Source: Carnobacterium gallinarum DSM 4847 | GTDB lineage: Bacteria > Bacillota > Bacilli > Lactobacillales > Carnobacteriaceae | Direction: 5' to 3' | Length of the DNA: 24,000 nucleotides | Assembly: GCF_000744375.1 (NCBI RefSeq) | Contig: NZ_JQLU01000005.1 | Span: forward strand, 2,069,496 to 2,093,495 | Shown here: positions 23,874 through 24,000 of the stretch, piece after piece | Layout of the letters: every line of letters begins with the position of its first letter | Position numbering within the stretch: position 1 is the stretch's first letter | Position numbers and translations under genes: made by a program | Notes under the pieces: model-generated | Told to the model about the DNA's origin: nothing | Database searches by the model: none | The model's input: the letters and a program-made list of their open reading frames with translations, nothing else

Positions 23874-23911
23874 GGTGGGAAACTAGAAAAATCTAGTTTC
23901 TCACCTTTTTT
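23874..23911. terminator. Bidirectional terminator between the LRR gene and a convergent gene
   Basis: Stem GGTGGGAAACTAG (23874-23886) / CTAGTTTCTCACC (23893-23905), with an A run before it and T6 after it. Confidence 0.85.
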
Positions 23912-23933
23912 CACTACTTAAATCTATCAAAAA

Positions 23934-24000
23934 TTAAAATGCAAATTTTTCAATGGCAACCGCAACGCCGTCATTAACGTTCGTTTCAGTGACATAGGTA
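23934..24000 (-). CDS. 3' end of a minus-strand gene, possibly a Cof-type HAD-IIB hydrolase
   Basis: The reverse complement reads ...TYVTETNVNDGVAVAIEKFAF-stop (stop is the complement of 23934-23936). The T..N.DGVA..I.K ending is typical of Cof-like phosphatases. Only 21 codons are visible. Confidence 0.35.
   Translation of the reverse strand, partial: TYVTETNVNDGVAVAIEKFAF

Overview
AT-rich, low-GC Firmicute chromosomal segment. Gene content and protein sequences look Lactobacillales (Enterococcus/Vagococcus/Carnobacterium-like), but the species cannot be fixed without a database search. I see no rRNA, tRNA, CRISPR array, transposase, integrase or recognisable defence or toxin-antitoxin genes.

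Left third, mostly housekeeping:
- the tail of a membrane transporter gene, then mgsA and a SAM methyltransferase
- a metN-metI-metQ methionine ABC importer on the minus strand, behind a Met-specific T-box leader
- a folT-type ECF S-component behind a THF riboswitch

Middle:
- A six-gene plus-strand unit bounded by terminators: cytoplasmic glycosylasparaginase, GntR/HutC regulator, PTS EIIB, PTS EIIC, a truncated GrdB-N-terminal-like protein and a PepV/Sapep M20 dipeptidase. I interpret it as a PTS-based variant of an N-glycan-core glycoamino-acid (GlcNAc-Asn) utilisation locus.
- It is followed by TraX-family, DUF218/YdcF-family, NUDIX, Ohr and 4-oxalocrotonate-tautomerase genes.

Right third, the most unusual part. 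An Mga/AtxA-like regulator is followed, between two strong terminators, by:
- a membrane-embedded processive GT2 synthase (DxD, TED, QxxRW)
- a WecB-like protein whose hallmark epimerase motifs are degenerate
- two small ORFs below the ORF-track cutoff
- a Pr6Pr/AIG1-like membrane protein
- a 917-aa secreted protein with twelve 24-residue plant-specific-type LRRs, a MucBP domain and no recognisable wall anchor

A candidate sRNA with two C-rich motifs lies in the 600-bp gap upstream of mgsA. All functional calls come from reading the sequence and recalling family motifs; none has been checked by search.
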